The position numbers and the translations under genes were made by a program. The notes below the pieces were generated by a model. It was not told the origin of the DNA. It saw only the letters and a list, made by a program, of their open reading frames with translations, and did no database searches. This document shows, piece by piece, positions 19,309 through 27,540 of a DNA stretch of 59,393 nucleotides. Every line of letters begins with the position of its first letter. Within the stretch, counting starts at the first letter, position 1. The stretch comes from Janthinobacterium lividum (GTDB lineage: Bacteria > Acidobacteriota > Terriglobia > Terriglobales > Acidobacteriaceae): positions 1 to 59,393 of the forward strand of contig JBPBPZ010000355.1 of assembly GCA_050954525.1 (NCBI GenBank), read 5' to 3'.

Positions 19309-20409
19309 TCACGCGCGTACACTCAGTTCTTTCACCCAACGGGCGACGTTGATAACGTTGTCCACGGGCGTGCCGGGCACGATGCCATGGCCTAGATTGA
19401 AGATGTGACCGTCGCGATTGCCTGCCGCGTCAAGGATCTCCTTCACGCGCTGCTTCAACAGATCTTCCGGCGCAAACAGCGCAATAGGATCGAGGTTGCC
19501 TTGCACGGCGACGTGCGGACCGGCCAGTCGCCAGCCCTCATCGAGAGGCACGCGCCAGTCGAGACCAAGAACGTCAGCACCGGTTTCGCGCATGGTGGTT
19601 AGCAACGACGCGGTGTCCACACCGAAGTAAATCACCGGCACGCCCAAAGCCTGCACGCGCTGCACCAGTTCCTTGGTAGCGGGCAAAACGAAGTCGCGGT
19701 AGTCGCTGACAGAAAGCGCACCCGCCCAGCTGTCGAAAATCTGTATGACGTCTGCGCCGGCTTCGACCTGCTGCGCGGCATACGCGACCAGCACGGTCAA
19801 CAGCTTCTCCTGCAGCAATGACCAGGACGCCTTGTCGCTGTACATGAGCTTTTTCGTCTCGATGTAATTGCGAGACGACCCGCCTTCGATCATGTAGCTG
19901 GCCAGCGTAAACGGCGCACCAATGAAGCCGATCATGCCCAGCTGATCGCCATCTTCACGGGGCGGTGCAAAGTGCTTTGCAACCTGCTCGATGGCGCGCG
20001 CGACGTAGTTCAATTCATCCGCGCGATCGGTCCGTAGCGCCTCGATGTGCTCGCGTGAACGCACCGGCTGGTGCACCACCGGACCTTCACCATTCACGAA
20101 CTCGAAGTCGAGTCCCATGGGCGTGAAGGGCAGCAGCAGATCGGCAAAGATGATGGCCGCATCCACGCCCAGTCGTTCAGCCGCAGTAATGGTGACCTCT
20201 GCCGCGACATCAGGCGTTCGGCAGATTTCCAGGAGCGTATGGTGCCTGCGCACGGCCATGTATTCCGGCATGTAGCGGCCCGCCTGGCGCAGGAACCACA
20301 CGGGCGTGCGGTCCACCGGCTGACGCAGACAGGCACGGACAAAGCGGCTGCCGTTTGGCTCAACGGCATACTCATGCGGCGTTTCTACAAGGGTCGAGAT
20401 GTCCTGCAT
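19309..20409 (-). CDS. hemE: Uroporphyrinogen decarboxylase
   Basis: PVWFLRQAGRYMPEY, GFIGAPFTLASY, QIFDSW, QGNLDP, FNLGHG. Confidence 0.97.
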   Translation of the reverse strand: MQDISTLVETPHEYAVEPNGSRFVRACLRQPVDRTPVWFLRQAGRYMPEYMAVRRHHTLLEICRTPDVAAEVTITAAERLGVDAAIIFADLLLPFTPMGLDFEFVNGEGPVVHQPVRSREHIEALRTDRADELNYVARAIEQVAKHFAPPREDGDQLGMIGFIGAPFTLASYMIEGGSSRNYIETKKLMYSDKASWSLLQEKLLTVLVAYAAQQVEAGADVIQIFDSWAGALSVSDYRDFVLPATKELVQRVQALGVPVIYFGVDTASLLTTMRETGADVLGLDWRVPLDEGWRLAGPHVAVQGNLDPIALFAPEDLLKQRVKEILDAAGNRDGHIFNLGHGIVPGTPVDNVINVARWVKELSVRA

Positions 20410-20412
20410 GGG

Positions 20413-20685
20413 CTACGCCGTTGGAGCGACGTACTCCTTGGGCAGCTCTCCGCCTTCACCATAGAAAAAGTCGTTCATCTGCTCGACCAGGAACTCCTGT
20501 GCCGAGGGTGTCCAGGGCTGCAGGCGATATTCGTTCAGCAGCATCTTCTGGCGCTCGATCCACTCGCCCCACGCCTTCTTGCTGACGGTGTTGTAGATCT
20601 TGTTGCCGAAATCGGAGTCGAAGGGCGGCTCATCCAGCCCTTCCATCTCTGCCTTGTACTTGGAACAAAAAACCATGTGTGCCAT
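20413..20685 (-). CDS. yggX: Fe(II)-trafficking / oxidative damage protection protein YggX
   Basis: MVFCSKY..EMEGL..PPF...GNKIY..VSKKAW.EW...QKMLLNEYRL signature. Confidence 0.92.
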   Translation of the reverse strand: MAHMVFCSKYKAEMEGLDEPPFDSDFGNKIYNTVSKKAWGEWIERQKMLLNEYRLQPWTPSAQEFLVEQMNDFFYGEGGELPKEYVAPTA

Positions 20686-20744
20686 GCTGAACCTCGAAAA
20701 TGCTCTCTTAGGTAGTCTAAATTGCGCGAAGCGGGGAGAAGTTC

Positions 20745-21173
20745 ATGGCGCTGCATGGCATCATCCATCACCTGGCAGTTTTCAGTCTGACGGCAATGGC
20801 GGGTAACGAGGTTTGCGTGGCTGCGTTCGTTGAGCCTGCACTCCGGCGCTTGCCGGACGCTCAGCAGAGACCAATCGCACCTTTATTGGCGGGGTCTCTG
20901 GGCCGGGCCATGCCGTTCTGGTATGCGGCCACGCTTCTGCTCACACTGGGCGACTGGTGGCTGTCGCGGACGACCGGTGCGGCCGTTGCGGCGGGGCTGC
21001 AGTTGCTGATTTTGGTTGGCACCCTTGGATTTCTGGTGCCAATCAACAACCGGATTGCCGCAGGCGCTTTCCACGACGGCTGGCTGGCGGACGCGCGGCG
21101 CTGGGACAGGCTGCACCAGGGACGCGTCGTGCTGCTGCTGATTGCCGCAGCCGTTCTGGTCTTTCGAGGCTAA
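20745..21173 (+). CDS. DUF1772 (anthrone-oxygenase-like) membrane protein
   Basis: Four TM segments, LVPINNRI and RWDRLHQGR motifs. Confidence 0.75.
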   Translation: MALHGIIHHLAVFSLTAMAGNEVCVAAFVEPALRRLPDAQQRPIAPLLAGSLGRAMPFWYAATLLLTLGDWWLSRTTGAAVAAGLQLLILVGTLGFLVPINNRIAAGAFHDGWLADARRWDRLHQGRVVLLLIAAAVLVFRG

Positions 21174-21340
21174 CGTTCGCCCTTGCCGGGTACGACGTTG
21201 CCGTCTTCATCGTAGGGACAGTGGCGGCAGTCGTTGCCACAGCAAGTGCCGCGTTTGCGCAGGTTGGCCGCGGTAAACACGAGAAACGGACCGTCGTAGT
21301 AGTAGTCCTCGTCCGGTAGATCGACCTGTGCGTCGCTCAT
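21170..21340 (-). CDS. 56-aa Cys-rich protein (DUF5522-like, RGxCCGNxCRHCPY); absent from the supplied ORF track
   Basis: Read by hand: MSDAQVDLPDEDYYYDGPFLVFTAANLRKRGTCCGNDCRHCPYDEDGNVVPGKGER*. Its ATG overlaps the lhr stop (ATGA). Confidence 0.8.
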   Translation of the reverse strand: MSDAQVDLPDEDYYYDGPFLVFTAANLRKRGTCCGNDCRHCPYDEDGNVVPGKGER

Positions 21341-24300
21341 GCGAACAGGCCGCCCTGCGGCTCCGGCACAGGAGGAAGTGGAAGGCCAGGTTCAGCAGGA
21401 GCCGTCGGTATGCGCCGGATGCCTGCTGGCGTGGCAACCGCGTCGATGGGATTGCCCTCCGCATCGCATGCAGCGCCGCCCCGCAGGTGGACCTTTTTGC
21501 CAGCAACAGCTGAGGTGCGTTCGCCGGGAACGACGATCCCGATCAGGTTCATGGGATCGCTCCCGGCTAACGTGATGACGTCGTCGTGCTGCACGTCGCG
21601 GGTGGCGCGCAGGCTTTCCACGGCCTCGGGCAGGGCAAACTGTTCACCAGAGAACCCCGAGACGAAGCGGCCTCCACGTATCTCGCCACGCGCTTCCAGG
21701 CGTCGCAGCATGCGGACCAGGTCGCGCCACTTGGGTGCGTTGGCCTCGCGCTGCAACAGGTCGCGGAAGATGACGCCGTACCGTGCAAGCAGCATCCGTG
21801 CCGCGGCAGCGAGTGAAGTTTCCTCTTCCCGTGCGCGTTCCGGGGCAGAGAGTTCGCGATGCTCGTCCTCGGTAAACATCGACCATCGACCGGCGATGGA
21901 GCGCGTTCCGCGGCGTGCCCCGTTGGCAACCGGCTCGGCGGCCAGCGGCTTGCGCTTGGGGTCCATCATGATGCGGAGCTGGTCGAAGCCGTCGGCGCTG
22001 GCGAGGCCTGCCGTGGCAAGCTCCCACAGGGCGGTCTGCGTCTGCTGCTTGCTCAGGACGCACATGCGCTGCAGATCGCTGGCGAAGCACGCGCCCCGGT
22101 CACGCAGCGTGTTGCGGATGCACAGAGCTTCGGGTGAGAGAGCCAGTTGCAGCTTGTCTTCTTCCACGCACTTGGAGGCCAGCGCGGCGGGCAGCCAGTC
22201 CGCGCTTTCACGCAGGAAGAACGTGATTGGTGCCATGTTCGTGGGGATGACGCGACGCGGCGCGGCGCCATCTCCGCAGGCCCATGCCGGATGCGGCGAA
22301 ATGCGGCCCCAGCCCACCGCACCGGACAGGCAGAGCGCGTCGAGCCACTTGCCGTCGTAGTCCTTGACGCGCTGCGGCAGCAGGTTGCGCTCCCACTCGA
22401 CGGCGGGCGCTTCAAAGCCTTCCAGTTGCAGCAGCGCTTCCAGCACGCCTTCTTCACCGGCGAGTTGCGTTTGCGGCGCGAGATGTTGCCAGCGCAGCAG
22501 CCAACGCATGAAGACGGCGGGTGCAACGGCCTCAATGCCCTTGCGCAACGCTCCCAGCGTCAGGCGATGGATGCGTTGCAGGATGCGGCGTTCGCACCAC
22601 TCAATGTCACTGTCTTCCGTGGCAGCGGCGGGTGCTTCGTAGATGCCGCGCAGCGCCAGTCCCTGCACTTCAATCGCGGCAAGTTGCTGGAAGATGGCTC
22701 GTGGGTGCAGGTTGACGAGCGCGGCGATGCCGGCCGCAGTGGTGGGGCCCAGGATCTGGAGGAAACCCTGCGTGAGCAGGCGGAGAGCTTCGTCATGCGG
22801 GATGGCGGCTGACGTCTCTGCAGGAGAAAGGCCCTGCGGATCTTTGCTGGATGTGGCTTCGTCGGGATCCTTCGCTTTGCTCAGGATGACGGCGTTTGTG
22901 GTGATCGCCAGGAGCGCTTTCGCGTGCTCGACGCGCTCGGTTGCTACCCAGCAATCCTGGTCCCCGAATCGGATGGTGGTGGCGCGGCCGCGTGCCTGCA
23001 GGCGTGCGAAGAATAGCGGCCAGTGGCGGCTTGCCTGCATGCGGTGTGCCTGGACTTCTTCGTCGGCGCAGGCTTGAAATCCCTCGGCCGCTGAAGCCAC
23101 TTCTTCTGCGACGTTGAGAACCTGATTGCTGATCCCTGTTGCCTGTTCCCTGAACAACGCTACTGGCAGCGCCACCGCACTGAACAGCAAATCGTGCAGT
23201 TCATGCTCATCGCGCAGGTCGGGCCATACTTCGCAGCGTGCCTGCCGGATCGCAGCGGGATCAAGCCTGCCGGCCTCCCCCAGCACAGAGTCAGGGATGG
23301 TCCGGCGCAGTGACACGGCACGCGCGCGCCGCTCTTCCAGGCCCGCTTCGTCGAGGAAGCTGTTCTGGTTGGCATTCAGCAGTTCGTGCGAAAAGACCGA
23401 TGGAACGGGCGTGTCGACCGCGATGCACTCGATGGAGCCGTCGTGCATCGCCCGCAGGATGTCCTGCAGGCCAGTCAGGTCCATGGCCTCCTGCAGGACG
23501 TCTTTCATCACTTCGTTAACCAGCGGGTGATCGGGAATCTGGATGTCGCCGACGATGGTTTCAAAGCACGCCGCGGCCTGCGGGAAGACACTGGCCAGCA
23601 GGTCTTCGCCGCGGGTGCGCTGGATCTGCGGAGGGATCTTTTTGCCCTTGTTGAAGCGCAGCAGTTGCAACGATCGGTTGGCGGCCCAGCGCCAGCGCGT
23701 CTTGAAGATGGGCGAGGCAATGGCGGCCTGCTCCAGCAGTTCTTTCGCGGTGTGCTCGGTCAGGAAGTTGAAGACGTCGGCCAGCGGAAAGCTGTGCTGT
23801 TCCGCCAGGCAGATGTTGATGCCGTTGTCGGTCGCTGCCGCCTGCAGTTCGTAGTTGAAACCGCGGCAGAAACGCTTGCGCAGCGCCAGTCCCCACGCGC
23901 GGTTCACGCGGCCGCCAAAGGGTGCATGCAGGATCAACTGCATGCCACCGCCCTCATCGAAAAAGCGTTCGGCGACGATAGTGGTCTTGGTTGGCACGGT
24001 GCCCAGCACAGCGCGCCCGCTGACGATGTACTGCACCAGTTGCAACGCGGCACTCTCGCATATGCCGCATTCGCTCTTGAGCCACGCCATGGTTGCGGCG
24101 ACGCGTGGATCTTCCGCGACAACATGCTCGTGGTGAAGGCCCGTGGTGCGTTTCGCAATGCCGTCGCGCAGTTCCGCTACAAAGTCGCTCAGCACGTCGG
24201 TGCGCTGCGGTGCCTCGCCAAACCAGAAGGGCACGCTGGGCGGCGCGCCGTGCGCGTCTTCCACCAGAACGCGGCCTTCTTTTTCGACCGTGAGCACGCG

Positions 24301-26103
24301 CCAGCTTGCGTTTCCCAGTTGGATGACGTCGCCGGGTCCGCTGTCCACGGCATAATGCTCGTCAAGCGTGGCAATCTGCACGCCCTCCGGCTGCAGAATG
24401 ACGGCGTACGACGCGTTGTCCGGAATCGCGCCGCCGTTGCCGATGGCGGTCATGCGTGCGCCTCGGCGTGGATGCAAAACACCGGCGACGCCGTCGCGCA
24501 GCAGGTATGCGCCATAGCGCCCGCGGCTGTTCTCGATGCCGGTGTGAAGCAGCGTGACCAACTCGTCGAACTCGTCGCGTGACAGGTCGCGGTAGGGGTA
24601 GGCGCGCGTCACCAGGCGGTATAGCGCGTCTTCTTCCCATGGCTCGGCGGCGCAGATGGCGACCATCTGCTGCATCAGGACGTCGATGGGCTGAGGCGGA
24701 ATCTCAAGCCGGTCCAGCTTGCCTGCCTGCATCGCCTGGACCAGCGCTGCCTGCTCCAGTAGGTCGTCGCGCGTGGTGGCGAAGAAGCGGCCTTTCGGGA
24801 TGGCTCCGCGCCAATGGCCGGCGCGGCCAACCCGCTGCATGGCTACGGCCACGGCGCGGGTGCTGTTCATCTGGACGACAAGGTCGACCGCACCGATATC
24901 GATGCCGAGTTCGAGCGACGCCGTTGCGACCAGTGCCTGGATTTCGCCTGCTTTCAGGCGCTGTTCTGCGTCGAGCCGCAGAGCACGTGAGAGTGAACCG
25001 TGGTGCGCCGCGACGTTCTCCTGCCCGAGGCGTTCGGCCAGCGCGCCGCACAGTCGCTCCACCATGCGGCGGGTGTTGACGAAGACCAGCGTGGAGGTGT
25101 GTTCGCGGCATAGTTGTGCGATGCGGTCGAAGGTCTCGGTCCACATCTTGCTGTCGCAGACGGAGCCTAGTTCCGAGGAGGGGATTTCGATGGCGAGGTC
25201 GAGCGTGCGGCGCTGGCCTACCTGGACGATGGTGGCATAGGCGTCACGTTCGTTGCCAGGAGATGCTTGAGGCTTTGCTGAGGCCAGGCTTCGTCGGGAT
25301 CCTTCGCTTTGCTCAGGATGACGAGTTGAAAGTGGTGTACCGGTACCGGTTAGAAATGCTGCAACGAGTTCAATCGGGTTCTGCGTGGCAGACAGGCCGA
25401 TGCGCTGCGGTGCGCGGCTCAGGCCGGTCAGCATGCTGCCGGGGGCGAGGCGATTTTCGCCGGTGACCAGGGCGTCCAGCCGTTCCAACGTAAGGGCGAG
25501 GTGTGCGCCGCGCTTGTCGTCGGCCATGGCGTGGATTTCATCCACGATCACGGTGTGCACGCAGCGCAGGTTCTCGCGTGCCTTGGCGGAGGTCAGCAGC
25601 AGGTAGAGCGATTCCGGTGTGGTCACCAGGATGTGTGGCGGATGCTTCAGCATGGCCACGCGTTCTTTGGGCAGGGTATCGCCGGTGCGCACGCCGGTGC
25701 GGATGCCCGCGCACAGGTAGCCCTCTTCAAGTGCCAGCGTCAGAATTTCGCGGAGCGGCTCTTCCAGGTTCTTCTGCACGTCATTGCTCAGCGCCTTCAG
25801 CGGCGAGACGTACACCACCTGCGTGTGCGGCGGCAGCGTGCCCGCAATGGCCTCGCATACGAGCCGGTTGATGGCAACGAGGAATGCCGTAAGCGTCTTG
25901 CCGCTGCCAGTGGGCGCGGAGATCAGTGTCGGATCACCGCGCAGGATGGCGGGCCAGCCCTCGATCTGCGGCTCGGTCGGACTACCGAATTTGCCCAGAA
26001 ACCACTGCCGCACGACCGGGTGTGCCCACGCCAGCGCCTGCTGAGCGGCTGCGTGGTCATGGATTTCGGCAAGCGGTGGGGCGGCAGCAGCCATGCGTGC
26101 CAT
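21337..26103 (-). CDS. lhr: Lhr-family SF2 helicase, long form with C-terminal winged-helix/glycosylase-like region (true start may be 26094)
   Basis: APTGSGKT, SPLKALSND, TTPESL, DEIH, GLSAT, HHGSL, LELGIDIG, QRVGRAGH; C-terminal RGGRFVSGFSGEQFALPEA. Confidence 0.93.
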   Translation of the reverse strand: MARMAAAAPPLAEIHDHAAAQQALAWAHPVVRQWFLGKFGSPTEPQIEGWPAILRGDPTLISAPTGSGKTLTAFLVAINRLVCEAIAGTLPPHTQVVYVSPLKALSNDVQKNLEEPLREILTLALEEGYLCAGIRTGVRTGDTLPKERVAMLKHPPHILVTTPESLYLLLTSAKARENLRCVHTVIVDEIHAMADDKRGAHLALTLERLDALVTGENRLAPGSMLTGLSRAPQRIGLSATQNPIELVAAFLTGTGTPLSTRHPEQSEGSRRSLASAKPQASPGNERDAYATIVQVGQRRTLDLAIEIPSSELGSVCDSKMWTETFDRIAQLCREHTSTLVFVNTRRMVERLCGALAERLGQENVAAHHGSLSRALRLDAEQRLKAGEIQALVATASLELGIDIGAVDLVVQMNSTRAVAVAMQRVGRAGHWRGAIPKGRFFATTRDDLLEQAALVQAMQAGKLDRLEIPPQPIDVLMQQMVAICAAEPWEEDALYRLVTRAYPYRDLSRDEFDELVTLLHTGIENSRGRYGAYLLRDGVAGVLHPRRGARMTAIGNGGAIPDNASYAVILQPEGVQIATLDEHYAVDSGPGDVIQLGNASWRVLTVEKEGRVLVEDAHGAPPSVPFWFGEAPQRTDVLSDFVAELRDGIAKRTTGLHHEHVVAEDPRVAATMAWLKSECGICESAALQLVQYIVSGRAVLGTVPTKTTIVAERFFDEGGGMQLILHAPFGGRVNRAWGLALRKRFCRGFNYELQAAATDNGINICLAEQHSFPLADVFNFLTEHTAKELLEQAAIASPIFKTRWRWAANRSLQLLRFNKGKKIPPQIQRTRGEDLLASVFPQAAACFETIVGDIQIPDHPLVNEVMKDVLQEAMDLTGLQDILRAMHDGSIECIAVDTPVPSVFSHELLNANQNSFLDEAGLEERRARAVSLRRTIPDSVLGEAGRLDPAAIRQARCEVWPDLRDEHELHDLLFSAVALPVALFREQATGISNQVLNVAEEVASAAEGFQACADEEVQAHRMQASRHWPLFFARLQARGRATTIRFGDQDCWVATERVEHAKALLAITTNAVILSKAKDPDEATSSKDPQGLSPAETSAAIPHDEALRLLTQGFLQILGPTTAAGIAALVNLHPRAIFQQLAAIEVQGLALRGIYEAPAAATEDSDIEWCERRILQRIHRLTLGALRKGIEAVAPAVFMRWLLRWQHLAPQTQLAGEEGVLEALLQLEGFEAPAVEWERNLLPQRVKDYDGKWLDALCLSGAVGWGRISPHPAWACGDGAAPRRVIPTNMAPITFFLRESADWLPAALASKCVEEDKLQLALSPEALCIRNTLRDRGACFASDLQRMCVLSKQQTQTALWELATAGLASADGFDQLRIMMDPKRKPLAAEPVANGARRGTRSIAGRWSMFTEDEHRELSAPERAREEETSLAAAARMLLARYGVIFRDLLQREANAPKWRDLVRMLRRLEARGEIRGGRFVSGFSGEQFALPEAVESLRATRDVQHDDVITLAGSDPMNLIGIVVPGERTSAVAGKKVHLRGGAACDAEGNPIDAVATPAGIRRIPTAPAEPGLPLPPVPEPQGGLFA
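22855..22891. repeat. REP-like element, intragenic copy 1 in lhr (translated VILSKAKDPDEA)
   Basis: GGCTTCGTCGGGATCCTTCGCTTTGCTCAGGATGACG, identical to 25287-25323. Confidence 0.9.
25287..25323. repeat. REP-like element, intragenic copy 2 in lhr (translated RHPEQSEGSRRS)
   Basis: 37/37 identical to 22855-22891 but read in a different frame. Confidence 0.9.
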
Positions 26104-26112
26104 TCTACCGCT

Positions 26113-26127
26113 GTTCGCTGCCTGTTC
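26113..26127. promoter_or_regulatory. Putative LexA (SOS) box, GTTC-N7-GTTC type, upstream of lhr
   Basis: GTTCgctgcctGTTC adjacent to the minus-strand TAGAAT -10 (26102-26107). A second near-match, GTTCggccaccGTCC, lies at 26146-26160. GTTC-N7-GTTC is the described Acidobacterium/Alphaproteobacteria LexA motif. Confidence 0.65.
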
Positions 26128-26158
26128 GCCTCACGCGATCGCGATGTTCGGCCACCGT

Positions 26159-26304
26159 CCGTCTTCCTGACCTGGCGAAGCGACCGAAGAATACCGAGAG
26201 GCTTACCGCCACGATCTGCTTCCAGGTTTCTCGCGAGAAAAGCGCCGCGCTGTGATGCCAGCAGAAAACGCCCCGGGGATCCTTCGCTGCGCTCAGGATG
26301 ACGG
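26159..26304. repeat. Intergenic REP-like inverted pair between lhr and splB
   Basis: GGGATCCTTCGCTGCGCTCAGGATGACGG at 26276-26304, with a degenerate inverted partner CCGTCTTCCTGA..GCGAAGCGA starting at 26159. Confidence 0.7.
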
Positions 26305-26348
26305 GTCGGAGGGATGGGGTTCGGGACTGGCCGTGCATCCAACCACGT

Positions 26349-27512
26349 ATGTCGCAGGCTACGCTCGCCGAGGTGTCGGAACCGTTTGAACCGGAGTTGA
26401 TCCAGGAGGCCGCCGTGCATCCGGCGCTGCTGGAGCGCGAGCACATTGCGCCCGGTAGGGTGTGGCGACCGCGACAGGTGATGATTACGCCCGACGCCTA
26501 CGCCATGCCGTATGGCCGGGCCATGCTGCAGCGGGCGGAAGCGCTTGGAGCAGCCGTGACAAAGCTGAAGGCGAACCGGTTGGACCCCATCCGCGCGGAC
26601 ACGGCGGGCAAGGCGTACGCATTGGCGAAATCGACACTGGCCATCGTGGTGTCGCCGCCGGGTGCGCGCAAACTGCAGCCCATTCCGCCGTCTGCCGACT
26701 GGCAGTTCCATGTGGCGCAGGGCTGCCCGGCACATTGCCAGTACTGCTACCTTGCGGGTTCGCTCAGCGGTCCGCCCGTGACACGTGCGTATGCGAATGT
26801 GCCGGAAATTCTTGAGAATCTCTACAGCTATGTTGGGACGGGCAGGGTCACTTCACGCTCTGTTGCACGGGCGCACGAGGGAACGACGTTTGAGGCATCC
26901 TGCTACACCGACCCGCTCGGCATCGAGCACATCACCGGCGCGTTAAGTGAGGCGATCCGCTTCTTTGGCGCGTGGGACGCTCCCGTGCAACTGCGCTGGA
27001 CCACCAAGTTCGACGCCGTGGATGCGCTTGCGAAACTGCCCCACAACGGACGCACGCGCGTGCGGTTTTCAGTGAACGCGGCCAGCGTTTCGCGCGACTT
27101 TGAAGGCGGCACAGCAACGGTTGCTCGCAGGCTGCAGGCGATGCGGACGCTCGCACTTGCCGGGTACCCGGTGGGCCTGACCATCGCGCCCATCATGCCG
27201 GTGGAGAAATGGCGTGAGGAGTACCGCGCGCTGTTCGATGCCGTCGCGGAGGCTCTCGCCGGGATCGCCGACGTCGATCTTTCCGCGGAGTTGATCACGC
27301 ACCGCTTTACGCCGGGATCGAAGGAAGTGCTGCTGGGATGGTATCCAAAGACGAAGCTGGACCTGCGCGAAGAGGCGCGGTCCGAAAAGCGAACAAAGTT
27401 CGGCGGCTTCAAGTACGTTTACCCGAAGGATTCCATGACAGAAATGCGGGCATGGTTCAACGCGACGCTGCAGGAAGTATTGCCATCAGCGCGCATCCTC
27501 TACTGGACCTAG
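26349..27512 (+). CDS. splB: Spore photoproduct lyase (radical SAM)
   Basis: GCPAHCQYCYL, FEASCYTD, TTKF, HNGRTRVRFSVNA, AGYPVG, HRFT, YPKTKL, KYVY and C-terminal ILYWT all follow the Bacillus SplB pattern. Confidence 0.88.
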   Translation: MSQATLAEVSEPFEPELIQEAAVHPALLEREHIAPGRVWRPRQVMITPDAYAMPYGRAMLQRAEALGAAVTKLKANRLDPIRADTAGKAYALAKSTLAIVVSPPGARKLQPIPPSADWQFHVAQGCPAHCQYCYLAGSLSGPPVTRAYANVPEILENLYSYVGTGRVTSRSVARAHEGTTFEASCYTDPLGIEHITGALSEAIRFFGAWDAPVQLRWTTKFDAVDALAKLPHNGRTRVRFSVNAASVSRDFEGGTATVARRLQAMRTLALAGYPVGLTIAPIMPVEKWREEYRALFDAVAEALAGIADVDLSAELITHRFTPGSKEVLLGWYPKTKLDLREEARSEKRTKFGGFKYVYPKDSMTEMRAWFNATLQEVLPSARILYWT

Positions 27513-27540
27513 ATCCCTCGCCTTCTGAGACACTGGGAAC

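Noticed and set aside
23386-24582. 398-aa plus-strand ORF, and other long antisense ORFs over lhr
   Set aside because: Antisense shadows of a high-GC gene; no motifs, and lhr is unambiguous on the minus strand.
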